NCBI GenBank assembly: GCA_963815145.1
Contig: CAWFFS010000027.1
Coordinates: 52,737-116,736 of the forward strand
DNA from: an uncultured delta proteobacterium
Lineage (GTDB): Bacteria; Desulfobacterota; DSM-4660; Desulfatiglandales; HGW-15
Direction: 5' to 3'
DNA: 64,000 bases
In this document: positions 62,393 to 64,000 of the stretch, one piece after another
How positions within the stretch are numbered: the first letter of the stretch is position 1
Layout of the letters: each line of letters opens with the position of its first letter
The notes under the pieces: generated by a model
The model's database searches: none
Told to the model about the DNA's origin: nothing
The model's input: the letters and a program-made list of their open reading frames with translations, nothing else
Translations under genes and position numbers: made by a program

Positions 62393-63982
62393 ATGCAGTC
62401 TATCCGGAATACCAATCAGTCAACACCGTTTACCGGGCAGGTCACTCACGCCAGTCCGAACAAATGGCTGATCGCCATTACTGTAATGTTCGGCGCGTTT
62501 ATGGCGGTCATGGACATCAGCGTTGTCAACGTTGCGCTGCCGCATATGATGGGGAGTTTCGGCCAGGATATATCGGCAATCACATGGATCGCGACCAGTT
62601 ATTCCATTGCCGAAGTGATCATGGTTACCATGGCCGGCTGGTTGAGCACAGTTTTAGGGCGAAAAAGGCTTTACCTTATATCTTTCGCCGTCTTTACCAT
62701 CGGGTCGATCATGTGCGGTACGGCGCAGACATACACCCAGATGCTGATCTACAGGACCTTCCAGGGAATCGGCGGAGGGGCATTGATCCCCGTGTCCCAG
62801 GCGATCCTGCGGGAGACATTCCCATCAGAGGAACAGGGGATGGCCATGGGGATTTTCGGCATGGGTGTGGTGCTTGCTCCGGCCATCGGGCCTGTTCTCG
62901 GCGGGTGGCTCACAGACCGCTACGGCTGGCCCTGGATTTTTTATATCAATATCCCGATCAGTGTCGCGGGTATCTTTATGGTATGGACATATGTACATGA
63001 CCCGTCCTACCTGCGCCGCGGTATTCGTAAAATAGACTGGCAGGGTATCATCCTTTTGACAATCACGCTGACGTTAATGCAGATTGTACTGGAACGGGGA
63101 CAATCGGAAAACTGGTTTGAATCCAACCTGATTGTTGCCGGTAGTGTAATTTGTACGATCGTTATGCTGGCGCTGATCTTCTGGGAGATGAAGATCCCGG
63201 AACCGGTCATCAATCTAAGGCTGTTACGCGATATCCCCCTGACTGTTGGGTCTTCAATGGGGATTGTTTTCGGTATCTCGCTGTTCGGCACAACGTTTAT
63301 CCTCCCGCAGTTTACCCAGGAATTACTGGGATATTCGGCGTTTGATGCAGGGCTTGTTCTTGCGCCGCGGGCGTTCATGCTGGTTCTTTTCATGCCCATC
63401 GCCGGATGGCTGTACCGCCGCTCGGATGCCCGCCTGCTGGTTTTTGCAGGAATCATCCTCATTTACTGGTCTTATTACGATCTGGCCCATCTGTCGCTCG
63501 AAGCCGGTTTCTGGAACCTTGCACCCATGCTCGTGGTAATGGGTATCGGAATGCCTTTAATGTTTGTTACAACCAGCACGATTTCACTGAGTTCCATTCC
63601 TCAAGCGGATATGACCGATGCCTCTAGCCTCTATACTCTCTCCCGCCGCATCGGCGGAAATATAGGTTATGCGCTTGTAGCTACGCTGGTTTCACGCGAA
63701 ACCCAGACCCACCACGCATATCTGGCAGGAAATATCAACCCCTATAACAACAACTTTTCACGGTTCCAGTCGGAGACAACGTCAAAGCTGCTCCATTCGG
63801 GATTAAACCCCAGTGAAGCTAAGACCGCGGTATATTCCATGATAAGCCTCATACTCAACCGCCAGGCAACCATGCTTGCGTATAATGATGTCTCCAGGAT
63901 ACTCGGTATTCTATTTTTACTCACTATTCCAATGGTTCTTCTTTTACCGGGCAGGGAAAAAATTCAGAAATCAGAACGCTGA
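62393..63982 (+). CDS. DHA2 (EmrB-type) MFS efflux permease
   Basis: DISVVNVALP, RTFQGIGGGALIP, GPVLGGWL..WPWIFYINIP. Confidence 0.93.
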   Translation: MQSIRNTNQSTPFTGQVTHASPNKWLIAITVMFGAFMAVMDISVVNVALPHMMGSFGQDISAITWIATSYSIAEVIMVTMAGWLSTVLGRKRLYLISFAVFTIGSIMCGTAQTYTQMLIYRTFQGIGGGALIPVSQAILRETFPSEEQGMAMGIFGMGVVLAPAIGPVLGGWLTDRYGWPWIFYINIPISVAGIFMVWTYVHDPSYLRRGIRKIDWQGIILLTITLTLMQIVLERGQSENWFESNLIVAGSVICTIVMLALIFWEMKIPEPVINLRLLRDIPLTVGSSMGIVFGISLFGTTFILPQFTQELLGYSAFDAGLVLAPRAFMLVLFMPIAGWLYRRSDARLLVFAGIILIYWSYYDLAHLSLEAGFWNLAPMLVVMGIGMPLMFVTTSTISLSSIPQADMTDASSLYTLSRRIGGNIGYALVATLVSRETQTHHAYLAGNINPYNNNFSRFQSETTSKLLHSGLNPSEAKTAVYSMISLILNRQATMLAYNDVSRILGILFLLTIPMVLLLPGREKIQKSER

Positions 63983-64000
63983 TACCAGAAAAATTGACGG

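Overview
Bacterial chromosomal window. Gene content and repeat style suggest an anaerobic Desulfobacterota-like organism (inference). No rRNA, tRNA, CRISPR array or prophage was seen. 1-29 kb is an accessory region lying almost entirely on the minus strand: secreted esterases, two toxin-antitoxin pairs, TPR/NERD/AAA/HNH genes, an AT-rich defence block (C5 methyltransferase, GHKL-ATPase/histidine kinase, receiver protein, HNH, Vsr, split UvrD-PD-(D/E)XK) and an IS1380. 29-40 kb holds a SNF2 helicase, mgtA with an EIIA gene, a broken MltC-like gene and a cluster of gene fragments with two RAYT (HUH/Y1 transposase) stubs. 40-53 kb is a TetR-associated catabolic cluster: an Adc-like gene, an SDR, a glycyl radical enzyme with no activase, two corrinoid protein/UroD-fold methyltransferase pairs and a Mo-hydroxylase large subunit. 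The remainder is mostly transporters. The most striking pattern is a family of short motifs ending in CCC(C) (e.g. AAAGAGCGTCCC, AGGACGTCCC, GTCAAGG..CCCC) that sit exactly where genes are cut off, often with micro-duplications. They bound a defence block whose helicase halves are in swapped order, which suggests a motif-directed system for capturing and shuffling DNA fragments. All calls come from reading the sequence and motifs by eye. Several frameshifts could be sequencing errors.
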